Shown piece by piece: positions 1-13,470 of a DNA stretch of 64,000 nucleotides. Under the pieces are notes generated by a model. It ran no database searches, was not told where the DNA came from, and saw nothing but the letters and a program-made list of their open reading frames with translations. Source of the DNA: Octopus vulgaris (taxonomy: Eukaryota); the NCBI GenBank assembly GCA_951406725.2, contig OX597827.1:52638001-52702000 (forward strand), in the 5' to 3' direction. Position numbers and translations under genes: made by a program. The first letter of the stretch is position 1. The number at the start of each line of letters is the position of its first letter.

Positions 1-1964
1 TCATAATTATCATAAATTGCATACTACCAACTTCAAAACATATAGATATATTGGGATGCCTGATATTTACAAAGATAGCTGGAAGGTTTTCATTGAAGAC
101 CTATTCAAACTAGAAATATCCAGCAAAAGTTCTTCTAAATTACACATTCTACCATCTTAGAAAAAGGTTATATTGGGATATGTAATCCTTGGCATTGACA
201 CAGATGGGCAGAAGGCTTTCATTTGAACTTGACTCAACCTAAGAAATAAATAACCAACTTTCACAACATCACACATCCTACCATCCTAAAGAAAAAGATC
301 ATATATAAAAAACCAATGGCAATCTCCTTCAAATCACAAACACTAGTCTTTAGAAAACAAGAGAAGACACATTGGATAAAATAGTCCCTAATGTATAAAA
401 ACAGATGATGTTTACAACTAGAACACTTTTTACCAATGGTTTGTTCAAGCTGGGTCCACATAACTAAGAGAAACCTGATGTGGTAACCACTAACAGAGCC
501 TCTTAGCAGTTGTCCAAGCTATAACAGATAGCAACCAAATCTCCATCAAACAACATATTCTACATATATTTACTTTAAAAAAATAATTGCCATTAAGTGT
601 ATTGCTGGGAAGACAATTGAACATATAAAGAGTTTAATTATCAAACACTACTCAACTTTAAATTCACTTATTTTTGAATATTTGTTCTCTTAATACAAAC
701 AGACAACTAAGATGTGAGATAACCTATATCAAGAAATTCATAAAACTGTATAGTTTGCTACAGGATAGTCAACAAGCTAAAAATTCTTCAGAAGAAATTT
801 CTGCATGTGACAACAGATAGACATAATCTCAGCCTTTTGACTTGAGAGTTATGGAAGTCTGTTTCACTACGTAGAACTTATAATTAAGCATATAATAAGA
901 TATTCATTTGGAATATGGAGTAGCTCTGTCAATAATATTCCAGGTTATAAAAGAATGATCATGTCTTTGGTCTCTGATTTTCTAAATAAATTGAGACAAG
1001 GAAATAGAGTTTGAACTATTCCTAAAGGAGCACAATGTTGATTGTAATGTGCCTTGAAATTGCAAGTCCCATACAGTTCCTTTTGTATAATTGATGCTTG
1101 ATATATCACTCCTTTGGAGAGGTTAGATCCTCAGAGCAGACAAATAGATTGATGTCAACAAATGCAAAATGACTATTAAAATGAGGGCAGAGTGGATATG
1201 TGATAGTAGATGACAAGAACAGCTAATCATGACACTGCTCATTAAAACAGTTTATGCTATTTTTAGAGTATACAATGGGAAAAGTTCAAAGAGCTACTGG
1301 TTCTGCTCACAGCAAAGGAATTCTCTCTGTCTAAAAAGCAAAAACCATAACAGAATTAGAGAATATCTGTGTGCTATGGAAAAGTGAGAAAAAATGGAAA
1401 AATATGAAGAAAGCATAATTTTTGATAGAGAAAGTTGAGAACTGAGGGTTTATGAGATAGGGAATGAGCGTGGGAAAAAGTAAAGAAAAAGATGACTCAG
1501 GTGAGCATTTTATATCAGATATAGAGCTAACAAGAGTTAATATAAAAACTATAGTTGTATACTAGTATTTAAAATTAAAAAAAAAGAGAGAGCCAGAATT
1601 GGTTGGATAGATCTAGATACTTTAAGGAGCAAATTGCCTTTTTCAAGGACACAAACAAATTTAGTGTTAAACAACGAGCTTTGTTATGAATGTCAGAATA
1701 TCTGATCAATTTTCATTTGTACAGGAAAGTTAAACGACCACTTTTTGTTGTACTAAGCCTTTTGTTTAAATAATAAAAAACATTATCTCTGTCCTTTTAT
1801 TCACAGATGTAGGAATCACATAATAATGTTCCCATGTAACAGGCTTTTCTAGAAAATATTTTATTCTTCCCCAAAATATAAGCTAATTTTAATGAGTATT
1901 CATTGAACACTTATCAAAGTATTCATCATAAAATGGATTATAGGAGACTTCATTTGATTAGTAG

Positions 1965-2165
1965 ATTTCAAATTTTGGTACAAGGCCAGCAATTTTGGGG
2001 AAAAGGGTAAGTCAATTACATTGGCTCCAGTACTCAACTAGTACTTATTTTATCGACACTGAAAGGATGAAAGGCAAAGTCAACCTCAGCGGAATTTGAA
2101 CTCAGAACGTGAAGATGGATGAAATACCACCAAGCGTTTTGTCTGACATGCTAACAATTCCACTT
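1965..2165 (-). mobile_element. tRNA-derived SINE family A
   Basis: Reverse complement of the GAGTTCAAAT B-box plus the GCCTTTCATCCTTTC..GTCGATAAAATAAGTAC core. Confidence 0.85.
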
Positions 2166-2659
2166 TATTTCATATGATTAATATTAGCATGATACAGTTC
2201 AAATAATAATCAGTAGTGGTAGTAGAATGGAAATGCAAGAGGTATAACTTGTAATTTATATTTCGAAAGAAATTAATGGCTTGTCTTTCTAATAAAGATG
2301 TATGCTAACCAGCCGTTCTAATGTAAAGAAAGTTAATTATCAAATTAAAATCAGTTATATTATAATCAATTTGTGCTTAAAATACTTATCTGGCATTAAG
2401 GCATCAAAAGTAAAATAATGTTGAATTATAATAGAAGAAATTACTGTTTAGGAAATCTCTTTCAAGCATAAACTAAAAGAGAGGGAGCTCTAGCAGAGAG
2501 ACATTTTATCAGACACTTTAACAACAGAACAAACCAATAAGTCCATGAAGCTTAGTTAAAACCTTATTTATCAAACATTATTTATTTACAGGTATTAATT
2601 TTTAATACATTCATGCTTACAAGCCTTTATTTATAAATTAAATACTATGGGCTAAAACA

Positions 2660-2860
2660 ATTGGTTATTGTTTAAATGAGTTCAGTTTTGATCAAAGAGA
2701 GCTATGTTGAAGGCATTCCAGCCTTGATCATTCTGTCTTTTCAGGGGTTTTAGGACAATATTATCTAATGTGACCTTCCCCTTTTAAAGATAATGCTGTG
2801 TGATTTAAGGAAGATTTATCTGCTATTCTAGCAGACCTATTCTAGCTCTTTTGTTTGCTT
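2660..2860 (+). repeat. Old interspersed repeat family D
   Basis: GGC/GGTATTCCAGCC...GAGATTTAGCTGCTATTTCTAGCAG-like consensus recurs at about 44260-44440, 46760-46935, 42150-42340 and 52520-52620, and inverted at about 490-600, 14170-14340 and 42500-42650. Confidence 0.6.
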
Positions 2861-4185
2861 GATTAAATGATTGATTCTGGGGAGAAGTTTAAACTTGGCA
2901 AGAACCAGTTTTATAAGTGTTATTTAACGAACTATTTTAGCTTGGAAGCTGTAATGTACTGCCAATAATGTGAAGATATAAAAGTGCACTATAGAAGATT
3001 TGAAATAAAAATACATTACATATTTGTTAAAACAACAGAATGAGTTATGAGTGAGGGAGGAAAATAGAAGGAAAAAATCAACCAAAACAACATTTGTTGT
3101 TAAAACAGAAAGATACAAGTGATAGGGGGATAAAATGATTATTTCAGTATAGATACACACAACCATGCATACACACAAATACTACCTCATCATGATTGTT
3201 CATGAGCCACTGTTGAATGTAGGAATCGCCCATCTCTTTCCATTTTTCATGTGCTTTCTGAAAGCACATACATACATGTTTATATATACAATCCTTATAT
3301 ATTATATATAATTTTTATATTACTGAATATGAAAGAAATGTTGCTATATCTTTTATGTATAACATGCAATTTATTAAATAAACAATTTTAAAAGGTGCAA
3401 AAGTAGCATAAATACATCTTTCTGGAACAGACAGAAAGAGAGAAAAGTATAAAAAGAACCATTCAGGTAAGTACAGGTAAGTAGCATTTTATTCCTTGCT
3501 TAGTTATGTTCTTTAAAAGGAACTAGACCCAAAGAAGAATTTACTAAATTACTCTTTATTTATGAAAGTTCTTGTTATTTTGTAAGATGATCTCGGGTGG
3601 AGTCGAGATTTACTGATATAATATGAAATATTAAGGCTATCAGAGTACTTCTTGTTTAAGCAGGTATCAGTTGCTTTCTTCTTACATTTAATATTTTTCT
3701 TTGAAACAGCAAACAAGTGAAACGATCAGCTTCTCATGCTATTTGAGACCATCTCAGTCTAAATATTACTTGTGATGATAAATTTCAGTTACTATACATG
3801 ATAATTACATGCATAGCCTGGAAGTTTGTGATAGTGATACTTTAAAGGGCCCATGTGTAAACAACATAATTTCATCTACAGTGGCATTATTTTGTCCTTA
3901 CAACTTTATAATATTCTCTCGAGTCTTACACAGGAGGTGGGTCGAGAAAGAAAAATTCTACTGGACATTTTCTTACAGAATGTGTGTTTCACATCACCAT
4001 CACACATCATCATGGGTGGTGCTAGAATAGTACAGCAGTAAATTATTGGCTTCAATTCACACTGGAACCACTTTTATTAGTTGTATTGCTAATAACCCTA
4101 GGGAAATACATAAGCTTAGAAATTCTCTTTGGTACTTCTTATGTTTATGTAAGAAACATTACTACTACTACTATTATTATTATTA

Positions 4186-4399
4186 AGGCAGCAAGCTGGC
4201 AGAATTGTTAGCATGCTGGGATAAATACTTAGCAGCATTTTGTCCATCTGCATGTTCTGAGTTCAACTTCTATCCAAAGTTGTTTTTGCCTTTCATCCTT
4301 TTGAGGTTGATAAAATAAGTACCAGTTGAGTACTGGTGTTGATATAATTGACTATCTCCCTCTCCCAAAATTCCAGGCCCTGTGCCTTTAGTAGAAAGA

Positions 4400-4443
<44 letters not shown>

Positions 4444-4665
4444 CATTAAGGTAGTGAACTGGCAGAATCATTAGTATGCTTAGTGGTATTTCATCTGTCT
4501 TTACGTTCCAAGTTCAAATTCTGCTAAGGTTGACTTTGCCTTTCATCCTTTCGGGGTTGATAAAATTAAGTACCAGTTGAGCACTGGGGTTGGTGTAATT
4601 AACTTACTCCCACCCTAAAGTTACTGGCTTTGTGCCATAGTTTAAAACCATTATTATTATTATCA
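4186..4665 (+). mobile_element. Two head-to-tail SINE family A copies separated by (TAT)n
   Basis: Each has GCTGGCAGAA/ACTGGCAGAA..AGTTCAA..GCCTTTCATCCTTT..GATAAAAT(T)AAGTACCAGTTGAG and an ATT tail. Confidence 0.85.
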
Positions 4666-5070
4666 TTAATAATGGCAACTGGTACAGATGGTACAAAGTC
4701 ATACTGGATGCTCAACAGCATATAGTAATAACTAGTTTCAAAATTGAGATCTAGTAGTAAAATGACTAATCACAATACAATTGGTGAATAATTATACAAA
4801 ATAAAACCCCCCAAAAACTAGCAGTTATAGATTAACAAAAACAAAAACTCTAAATAGTAGTGTGACACTACTAAAAGCGAAGTCTCTTTCAAACAAGCAA
4901 AACTGCACTATTATGTCATTAATATTACAAAATGCATTACACTATTTTATTAACAAAAACATATACACATTCTCAGATATGTGTGCAAATGAATGGTGCA
5001 TACTAAGTCAGCAATAAGAATTATAACAGGAAAATCTCTTATTTATAATTGACATGCATGAATTTGTGAT

Positions 5071-5883
5071 ATCTTTTCAGTTTGGAACACCAGATCTGAT
5101 TTTTAAAAAAATATTTATTCACAGATGTAGTTTTTTATGCGGATGACCATCCATTAATTCATTTTTTCTGCCCTCTATTGCTGGGAGGGAGGTGAGGGTA
5201 GAATCCTCAGGCACCTCCTTCATAGGGTCCTAGAAGCAACCATCATTACATTTTCTGGTTGGATTCCTAAGCGTGACCAACTGGGACTGGATATTATCCA
5301 ACTGTCTTGTTCTTGGTCTACACTTAGGTTTCCTGCCAGTTGGCTTGGCTTGAATCTGTATTGTGATTCTTTCCTGTGACAGTCTGTAATCAAGCCAATG
5401 GCAAAAATCATAACTATTTTTGGGAGAAATTGATAAAAAGTTACAAACTTTTAAAGGTTAAAATTTTTTTGAATTTCAGCCAATCACAGATATAAGCAAT
5501 CTTGAAGCATCAGAAATTGGAATTGCTATATATTCCTATAGTTATACCTGGTAGTGGTGGTGTTGATGGTGATGGTACACACAACACCCACCACCATAGC
5601 CCCTAAACTGTCACTACAGCCACCAGATAGTAGTAGTAGTACTGCAACCTCTTTTTTGAAATGGAAACATGGTAATTCAAACATCTGGCATGTTGAGATT
5701 GACTGCATGTAATTTGATGAAATTCGAAGGGGGATGTGGAGAAACAATATTTAAAGGTTTTTAACTTTTTAATTATTAACTTCTCTCCAAAATAGTTATG
5801 ATTTTCATAATTAGCATGAAAAACTACACCAGTGTAGAAATCTTTGTAAAAGAATCAGATCTGACGTTTGAAAGTGAAAAGAT
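5071..5883. mobile_element. Foldback/MITE with long imperfect inverted arms, left arm interrupted by an insertion
   Basis: 5071-5140 pairs with 5814-5883, and 5402-5537 pairs with 5661-5808; 5141-5401 has no partner. Confidence 0.7.
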
Positions 5884-7184
5884 TTTATTTGTGAATTAAA
5901 AACAACCTTGATAGTAATGAGTGAGTGTGCACATAGCAGTACTTGTAATGCCCATTGGAACTTACAATGGTGCATGTGGTGATACCTATAATGTTATTAA
6001 TTATCATAACAATTGTGGGTTCAGTGATGATACCAAAGTTATAAAAACAATGACAAAAAAGGAGTTCTATGTATATATGGGCTGTGATTTTGTCTGCATT
6101 TCAAGGCACCTTTTATAATAGGGATTGTTTGGTTTTCCATTTCCATATTCTGGATATCTATATTTCCAGGACAATCATCTCATTTCCTTGCAATATATAT
6201 TAATCATCCGTGAAGGCATGTGGCTCACTCTCTCCCGTCAAGATGTCTATGTATAAAAGATTGCATCAAACCTGTTCACATCTGACACATCTTTTCCGAG
6301 CTGTCAACCATCACTCCCTCCAGTCAAGGCCTTGCTACAGATGTCCATTATTCTCTCTTATCATTGTCTTCCCTATTGCCATCCATTACTTGAGTTTTCT
6401 CTTACAAGCAAACATGTAACTGTCATCACTGTCTTTCTTCCATTACGCTCTACCATTACTATTTCTCTTCCATTACCTTCTCCAGCTCTCTCTCTCTCTC
6501 TTTCATTATCCCCCTCCCTTCCATTAATTCTTCTTACTCCTCTTACTCAACTCATTTTCTCCTATCATACTTTCACTCCCTCCATCAAATCATCTAGTTC
6601 TCCGGAGAACTCTTTTTTCTAGCAGGACACAAGGTAACACTGTTAATGCTAATTATTTAATAAAATGCACATACTGTAAAGTGGTTGCTGAACAAGCAAA
6701 GACAATGTAGTGGGGAGGAGGATCTTTCAGCCTGCTCTTAGTGCTGGTGCTATGATAGAATACATTGAGTAGACCTTTGTAAAGAGTTTGGTGTTAACAT
6801 AATACATAGGTGGAGGTTTCAAATCTCTGCCAGGAAATAAGGGCATTCAGCCATACGAACTATGCCAAAAATGGAAGGCATGAGTGAGAGATGGTCTATG
6901 GTTGAGATAATCTGGTAAATTAATGTCAGTATAGAAATAAATATAACAATTACAGATAGACAGAGAACTAGGGGCATAGGAGTAGCTAAAGCTCTTGAAA
7001 TGAAGTTAATGAACTGTTGAGTGGATTCATTTGATGTTGTTGATAGGCTTTGTTGATTTTAAATAGGTGCAAGGATTGGAGTGGTGGAAGCAACAGTAGT
7101 GTTTGACTGGTACTATTTTATCAACCTCAAAAGAGTGAAATACAAAGACGACTCCAGAGCAAAAAGTCAGGGAAAAATGTCACA

Positions 7185-7196
7185 CATATACATACA

Positions 7197-7230
<34 letters not shown>

Positions 7231-7280
7231 CATACATACATACAGACACACATATATACATACACACATACATATATATC
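7185..7280. repeat. (TACA)n microsatellite
   Basis: Direct reading. Confidence 0.95.
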
Positions 7281-7540
7281 ATTAATTGAATATATTCTGT
7301 TAGAATATTATACACTGAATTTATAATGAGTGCTCTTGGTATAAAATGTCAAAAATATTAATACTATAAAGTATTTAGACATTAATATGAGCGATTATAT
7401 ACACTGTATTTTGAAATATTAGTATGAAATTCAATATCAAAAAAATTCATCATGAATATATATATGTCTAAAATAGCATTGTATTAAAAATATATGTAAA
7501 TATATGAAACATGACAGTTTAAAAATTTGTTAATTAATGT

Positions 7541-7630
7541 ATCTTACGATCGTTTCATGAAAGTATTGTCATTATAATGGAACCCATTGTTGATACACAT
7601 GGATAGACAATAATTCTGTTCGTCAGAGAT
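7541..7630 (-). ncRNA. Minimal type-I hammerhead ribozyme motif (Penelope-like pLTR type), intact core
   Basis: Minus: ATCT CTGACGA [stem II with TATTGTC/GACAATA] GAAA CGATCG TA AGAT. Stem I is ATCT/AGAT, stem III is palindromic, and the cleavage triplet is GUA. Confidence 0.75.
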
Positions 7631-7719
7631 GGAGAAGATAGATTTTTATAATGTATTGAATGTTGTTTTAAAATTAGAAGAATATATGAGAAAGTATTTT
7701 TGAAAATAGATTAAAATTT

Positions 7720-7897
7720 ACTGGTTTAGATCTATGCAGGTGGACTTAGGTAATAAAATTTAAAGTTTGTATATATAACCTTGGTAAGTTCATCCCAGTA
7801 ATTCATGACTGGTTTTGATTTATGCAGATAGACTTTGGTAAGAAGCTTTCGAGTTTGTATATATATCTTTGTTAAATTCATCTTGATAATCCATGAC
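7720..7897. repeat. About 88-bp tandem duplication
   Basis: ACTGGTTT.GAT.TATGCAG..GACTT.GGTAA...AGTTTGTATATATA..TTCATC..TAAT.CATG occurs twice. Confidence 0.8.
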
Positions 7898-8004
7898 AAT
7901 TTTGTGTAAACAGTACCTTATCCTGCATTTCATATTTGAGATTTAGAAGGATTGACGATATATGTATCTCACATATGGAATGCAGGATAAGGTACTGTTT
8001 ATAT

Positions 8005-8640
8005 ATATATGGTTTTAAATGAAGATAAGTTTGATTTGTTTCACTTTGGAAAAGAAGAAACTTTGAAATTTCCATATGCTCTTCCCTCAGGCAACTCCTT
8101 AGTGTCATCAAACAGCTTCAGAGACCTTGGAGTAATTGTTGATAACAATCTAAGCTGGAGTTCCCATGTAAACAGCAAGTTTGACTTGACCTGCAAGATG
8201 TGCTCCTGGATTCTGAGAACTTTCTGGTCTAGAGATGCCTGCACCATCATCCTCTTCTACTCTACTTTTGCACGACCGCTCCTTGAATACTGTTGCCCAC
8301 TGTGCACCCCTCCCTCCGATACGAAGCTACTCATTATAAAAGTAGAAGCACTCCAGAGGTTAATAACAAGAAAGATAGATTGCATGAGAGGCATTGATTA
8401 TTGCGGTTGACTAAAAAACTCAATCTCTACTCTCTCCAACGCCACTACATCATTTGTGTTATGTGGAAAATATTCTATCAATATTACACAAATGATGTTG
8501 GCATCAGTTTTAAAATCCATCCAAGACTTGGCCCCCATGCTATCCGCACACTACTAAAATCGAACTCGGTACACATAGCAACATTACATCACAATTACTT
8601 CAACTGGTTCAGCTCTCTTGAATACCATACCAAAATACGT
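8005..8640 (+). mobile_element. CR1/Jockey-group LINE, reverse transcriptase C-terminal fragment
   Basis: RDLGVIVDNNLSWSSHV, ILRTF, FYSTFARPLLEYCCP, VEALQR, LKKLNLYSLQR. Confidence 0.85.
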
Positions 8641-9718
8641 GAATTAGATGTTTTATAACTGATGCCTTTCATATCACCGAGGCTCATAAAATGAAACTAA
8701 AACCCCTTTTATAAAACTGACTATATGCCAAGTAAAAAGATATCCTTTTTGTAGCTATTATTATGAGAAAAATTTACCTTTCACCCACCAAGTTAACAAT
8801 AACCTGTAAAATATTCAAGTTGAGTCAATTGGCCACAAAACACAGTAGTATTACACTTAGAGGGAAGCAAGTTGTAACAAGCAGTACACCAGAGGACTTA
8901 AATTACCTTAAATTTAATTTTGACCTTTCAGCTTATGTGTTAAAACCATGTTAAGTAGAAATAAGTTTTCTTCATTTCTTCATTCAGAATCAAGAACACA
9001 AATACCAGTAAAACACAGGAGTCAAATCACTCTACTACATCCTTCCTCCCAGAAGTATAACTTGAAGAAAAATATTGATTTTGTCACCTTGTCAGAATCA
9101 TATCACGAAATGCTAAACTTTTCTTTTCTTTCTCCACAATTTCTTATTAAGCAATAGAATAGTTTTTGTACCATTTGGAACTGCATTGAAATCTACCTTC
9201 TACTTCAAAACGGAAGTACACATATGATTCCATGCACTTCCTTTTCCATTACTGAACACATTGAAAGCCATCAAAAATGGTAATAAATCAATAATGGGAT
9301 AGTCACTTCATCAAAACTAGGTTTCATAGTCAAAGTGAAAATAATTTTAGAAGATCACTAAAAATACTTAATAGTTAAAAGAAAATGGCATTATAGTGAC
9401 TCTCATGCATTTTACTGTTCCATCATATCTTTAACATGTAACTGTTCTCAGTTGACTACTCACATCTTTAATATTACACCTTCCCCAAATTTTAATTTTA
9501 TTTGATTTATAAGAAAAAGAATAAAAAAATTTTGTCAACAAAGTACATATTAAATCTTCTACCATAGAAAAGTGAGAGGGGACAATAAAACCTAAAAGTT
9601 CACCATTCTTTACACTGTTGATATATATATCAATCAGTACATGTTATAACTGCTTTACTTCTTTCTAGGTAAACTGATATCTGGCTGATGAAAGTAACTA
9701 GTAGCAATTTCTCTTGAA

Positions 9719-10240
9719 AATAGACAAAATTTGGCATCATGGTGTTAGCAAGTACGTGCAGAAAAAGGGTTTAGCCACCAAGGACATTAGGGGATGATGT
9801 TCCAGCTTTATCAACAGTGTAAAAGCAGGCAGCTAAATTTAGGAGGGGAAGGGTGAGACTTGAAGATGATCCAAAGTCTGGACATCCTGCAACTGAGGAA
9901 AATATTGATCATGTTTGCCACATGCCGATGGGTGACAGGCAACTGACTATAAATCAAATAGCCAATGCTACTAGCATATCCTGTGAGAGGGTCGAGAATA
10001 TTGTGCACAGTGAACTTGGCATGACAACAGTTTCTGCCTGGTGGATCCCACATCTTCTGACACCTGATCAAAAGTGCAGCAGGCTGATCATATCACAGGA
10101 AAATCTGATGTTGTTTGAAGCAGATCCAGTTGGTTTATTTGAATGGTCTCTAAGCCAGGATGAGTGTTGGGTTCATCACTTTGAGCCAGAGACAAAGAAA
10201 CAATTCATGCAGTGGAAACACTCGTCCTCACCCTGTAAAA
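9719..10240 (+). mobile_element. Mariner transposase fragment (N-terminal half; Himar1/irritans-like motifs)
   Basis: ORF 9853-10251: LEDDPKSGHP, WIPHLLTPDQK, QDECWVHHFEPETKKQFMQW. Truncated by a SINE tail. Confidence 0.85.
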
Positions 10241-11064
10241 ATGAGTTCTGAGGTCGATTCGTTCAACTAAACCCTTCAAGGCACTTCCTCAGCATGACTA
10301 CAGATATAAGATAAAAAATAAACGATTCCTTGGTATGCTTCTGACAAGAGAAATTCATCATCTATTTTCAAATTCATGTCAAACGTAAGTGATTTTTGTT
10401 TGATGTGATTAAAATTCTACTTTTCAGGAGTGGGTGGATGCGGAAGTCTGAAATGATTGGTACTTATTTTATTGATTTAGGATGAAGAAAAAGTATGTCT
10501 ATTCCAACAGTATTTAATTTAAAACTTGAAAAGACAGAATTAAATGTAAGATATGAATTTGCTTTCTTCTAAATACAATGCAAATATGTTTTGTAGCTAA
10601 CAAATTTAACAGCAATACTGCAAAGACTCCATAATGAAGAAATAGATGACCAAATCAAACCTTACAAGATATTTGTAATTGCAATTAGAGTACTGTGTCT
10701 TACTTAGCTGATAAATAACGAATTAGTTGAAATAACTGAAAGATGACCCCCAGGGCTGAATAGCAAGCAAGACTCACAATAGTTTAAATATAAAATCCCC
10801 AAAACTACCACTTAAGTGAAATAACTATAGCTAGAAAAAACAGGAGTTACTTCCCCTCTCAAATTAATTTTTAGCATTTTAGTTTGCTATTTGTCAATAT
10901 TGCAATTAAAAAACACACAAATATTGTTACTCTGAATGAATTTAATAAAACAGAATACCTATATTTGTAAGGAAGTGGTAGTAAATTTTTTTTAGGTGTA
11001 ATTTAGCTGGTATATCAAACAAATAAACGAAAAACAAAATAAAACAAAAAACTTTAAATCATCC

Positions 11065-11412
11065 CAAGGCATGGCTGTGAGGTGAGAAGTTTGCTTCCTA
11101 GCAATGTGGTTCTGAGTTCAGCCCCACTGCGTGGCACATTGGACAAGTGTCTTCTACCATAAACCGGAGTCGACCAAAGCCTTGCAAGTGGATTTGGTAG
11201 ACGGAAACTGAAAGAAATCCATCGCGTATGTGTGTCCGTGTCCCATCACCACTTGACAACTGGTGTTGGTTTGTTTACATCCTCATGATATAGCGGTTTG
11301 GCAAAAGTGGCCGATAGAGAAAAAAATGTACTGAGGCCGATTCTTTCAACTAAAAATTCTTCAAGGTGGTGCCCCAGCACGGTCGCAGTCTAATGATTGA
11401 AATAAGTAAAAG
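11065..11412 (+). mobile_element. tRNA-derived SINE family B
   Basis: TGGCTGTG.GGT head, G(A/G)GTTCAG.CCC B-box, GTGGATTTGGTAGACGGAAACTGAAAGAA body and GAAA.AAGTAAAAGA tail. Confidence 0.85.
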
Positions 11413-11749
11413 AGAGATCCAAAATACTTTGAGGAATTTTTGTCAATTCTACAATATCTTCCGAGACACTACTTTCTGTAACCCAATAATTCTAACATGT
11501 AACTGCATTAACACTTGGTATACAATTTTTACACACTGAAAACGGATGAAAGAGCTGCCAACTGGTGGCTGATATTCAGACTCAGAAATATCACAAAATT
11601 ATCCTAACTCGGGCATTGTTCGTTTGTATGGATTTACCGTATTTAATGGCATAAAAGACGCACTGGTATATGAGATGCACCCCAATTTGAACAATGCATA
11701 TTCAGGGAAAAAGTTTTAGTTTATTAAAACTTCTAGAAGGACCAACATT

Positions 11750-11751
<2 letters not shown>

Positions 11752-11830
<79 letters not shown>
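11752..11830. repeat. (GA)n microsatellite
   Basis: Direct reading; others at 43161-43502 and 57281-57329. Confidence 0.98.
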
Positions 11831-11833
<3 letters not shown>

Positions 11834-13344
11834 TACACAAGTTCAAATACGAAAGAATTGGAACATTTGAACCAAAATAATTTGTGTATATATTCCTGAC
11901 TGTATTATCTCCCCTTACGTTAAAGTCCATTTTGTATGGCATGAACAGGATAACCCCCACCCACCCAACAACTGGTAGATTAATGGGGTCGATAAACTTG
12001 AAGGCAAAGCCCCCCCCCCGCTTCGTTATGGAAAAAAATGGAACAAGAATTTGATACGGATAATAGCATCAGAAAAGCTAGCAAGTTGATAATGTGTCAA
12101 GAGAACAAAAGATTAACCCAGGAAGAGGAGGAGGAAAGTTATTTAGATAACCTTGTTGTAGTAAAAGATTAACTTTATAAATGAAAGCAGGTGTTTATGG
12201 ATTAGATAACAGATGGCTAATCTATTAGAGCTTAGAGATTATGTTTCCAGTTGTAGACTGTACACCAGCAGAAAAAGACTAGCAAAATAAAGATATAACA
12301 AAACAGATGTAACTTTAAAAAAAAAGATAATAAAAATTAAATTAAAACTGGTTTTAATTTTAGGCGAATGAAATAATTCTATATAAGAAATTATTTCTAG
12401 ACTTTCTCAGAAACAATTTAAAGCCTTGTAATAACAAGGGAGCAAAGATTTGATTTATTGGGTTATATTTTGCCTTGATTCAGTTAAAACACACTCGCTC
12501 AATCAGATTGTTCTTATATAAATACTAGTGTATTAATAAAGTGTTGGTTATGAATAAATGAATATATATATGGACTACTGTGGAATTAGTCTCATAAGGG
12601 ATTGTTTTATCAGACTGGGATGCAAATCAATTTGTCCACGTTCATTATTTAACAATTCATCAGAATAGTTGCTCTTCAACTGCTAATAATAGGAATGGAA
12701 GGCTTCTTATTAGAATGTAATCAAGACTTATAAATGAAACAACTCATTTGCATAATAGTATAAATTACCAGAGTACAAATTTAGAATGGGATATGAATAA
12801 ATACACTGACTTATACCTGTAAGTATTTAGTTTTACAGTGAAATCAAGTCTATAAGAGTATTTTGATGAGAGATGGGTAAATCCTGATGATTTAACACAA
12901 GAGTTTGCACACTTATCTGTTTAAATATCAAACATTATCCAAGACACAGCATCTTAGAGTGAAGAATTTAGGGCCAGAAGACTGCACCAGACTTCACTAT
13001 CTGTTTTGGTATGGTTTTTACAGCTGGATGCCCTTCCTAATGCCATACATGGATTTCATTAACTCACATACTCTGTGTAATTTATCCTTGATATTGACAA
13101 ATGTGCCTGACTGAAAGAGACTAAACAAGGTTGAAATCCTTAACTTTTGGTAGTCGAATATACATTCTTCCTTGTTGCTCATATTGCCAAAAATATTTTA
13201 GAGCAAGATACAAATAATTTATTGACTTGATGTTTTTATTGGTGTGTGCACAAGTTTATCTAGGATATTATAACTATCACATAACAGTTACATCTCTGTA
13301 ACTGTTATCTAGGATATTATAATTATCATATAACAGTTATAACA

Positions 13345-13372
13345 TTATATATACACACACACACACACACAC

Positions 13373-13457
<85 letters not shown>

Positions 13458-13470
13458 CATACATACACAC
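13345..13470. repeat. Compound (CA)n/(TA)n microsatellite
   Basis: Direct reading. Confidence 0.95.

Noticed and set aside
1-1400. Possible degraded L1/Tx1-like coding remnant
   Set aside because: Only vague motif resemblance (YIGMP..W); too degraded to call.
5220-5411. 63-aa ORF as next exon of the host gene
   Set aside because: Lies within an insertion inside a foldback element; no convincing splice sites.
10385-10427. GTAAGT...TTTTCAG mini-intron on the plus strand
   Set aside because: 43 nt is too short for a typical metazoan intron, and the flanks are non-coding.
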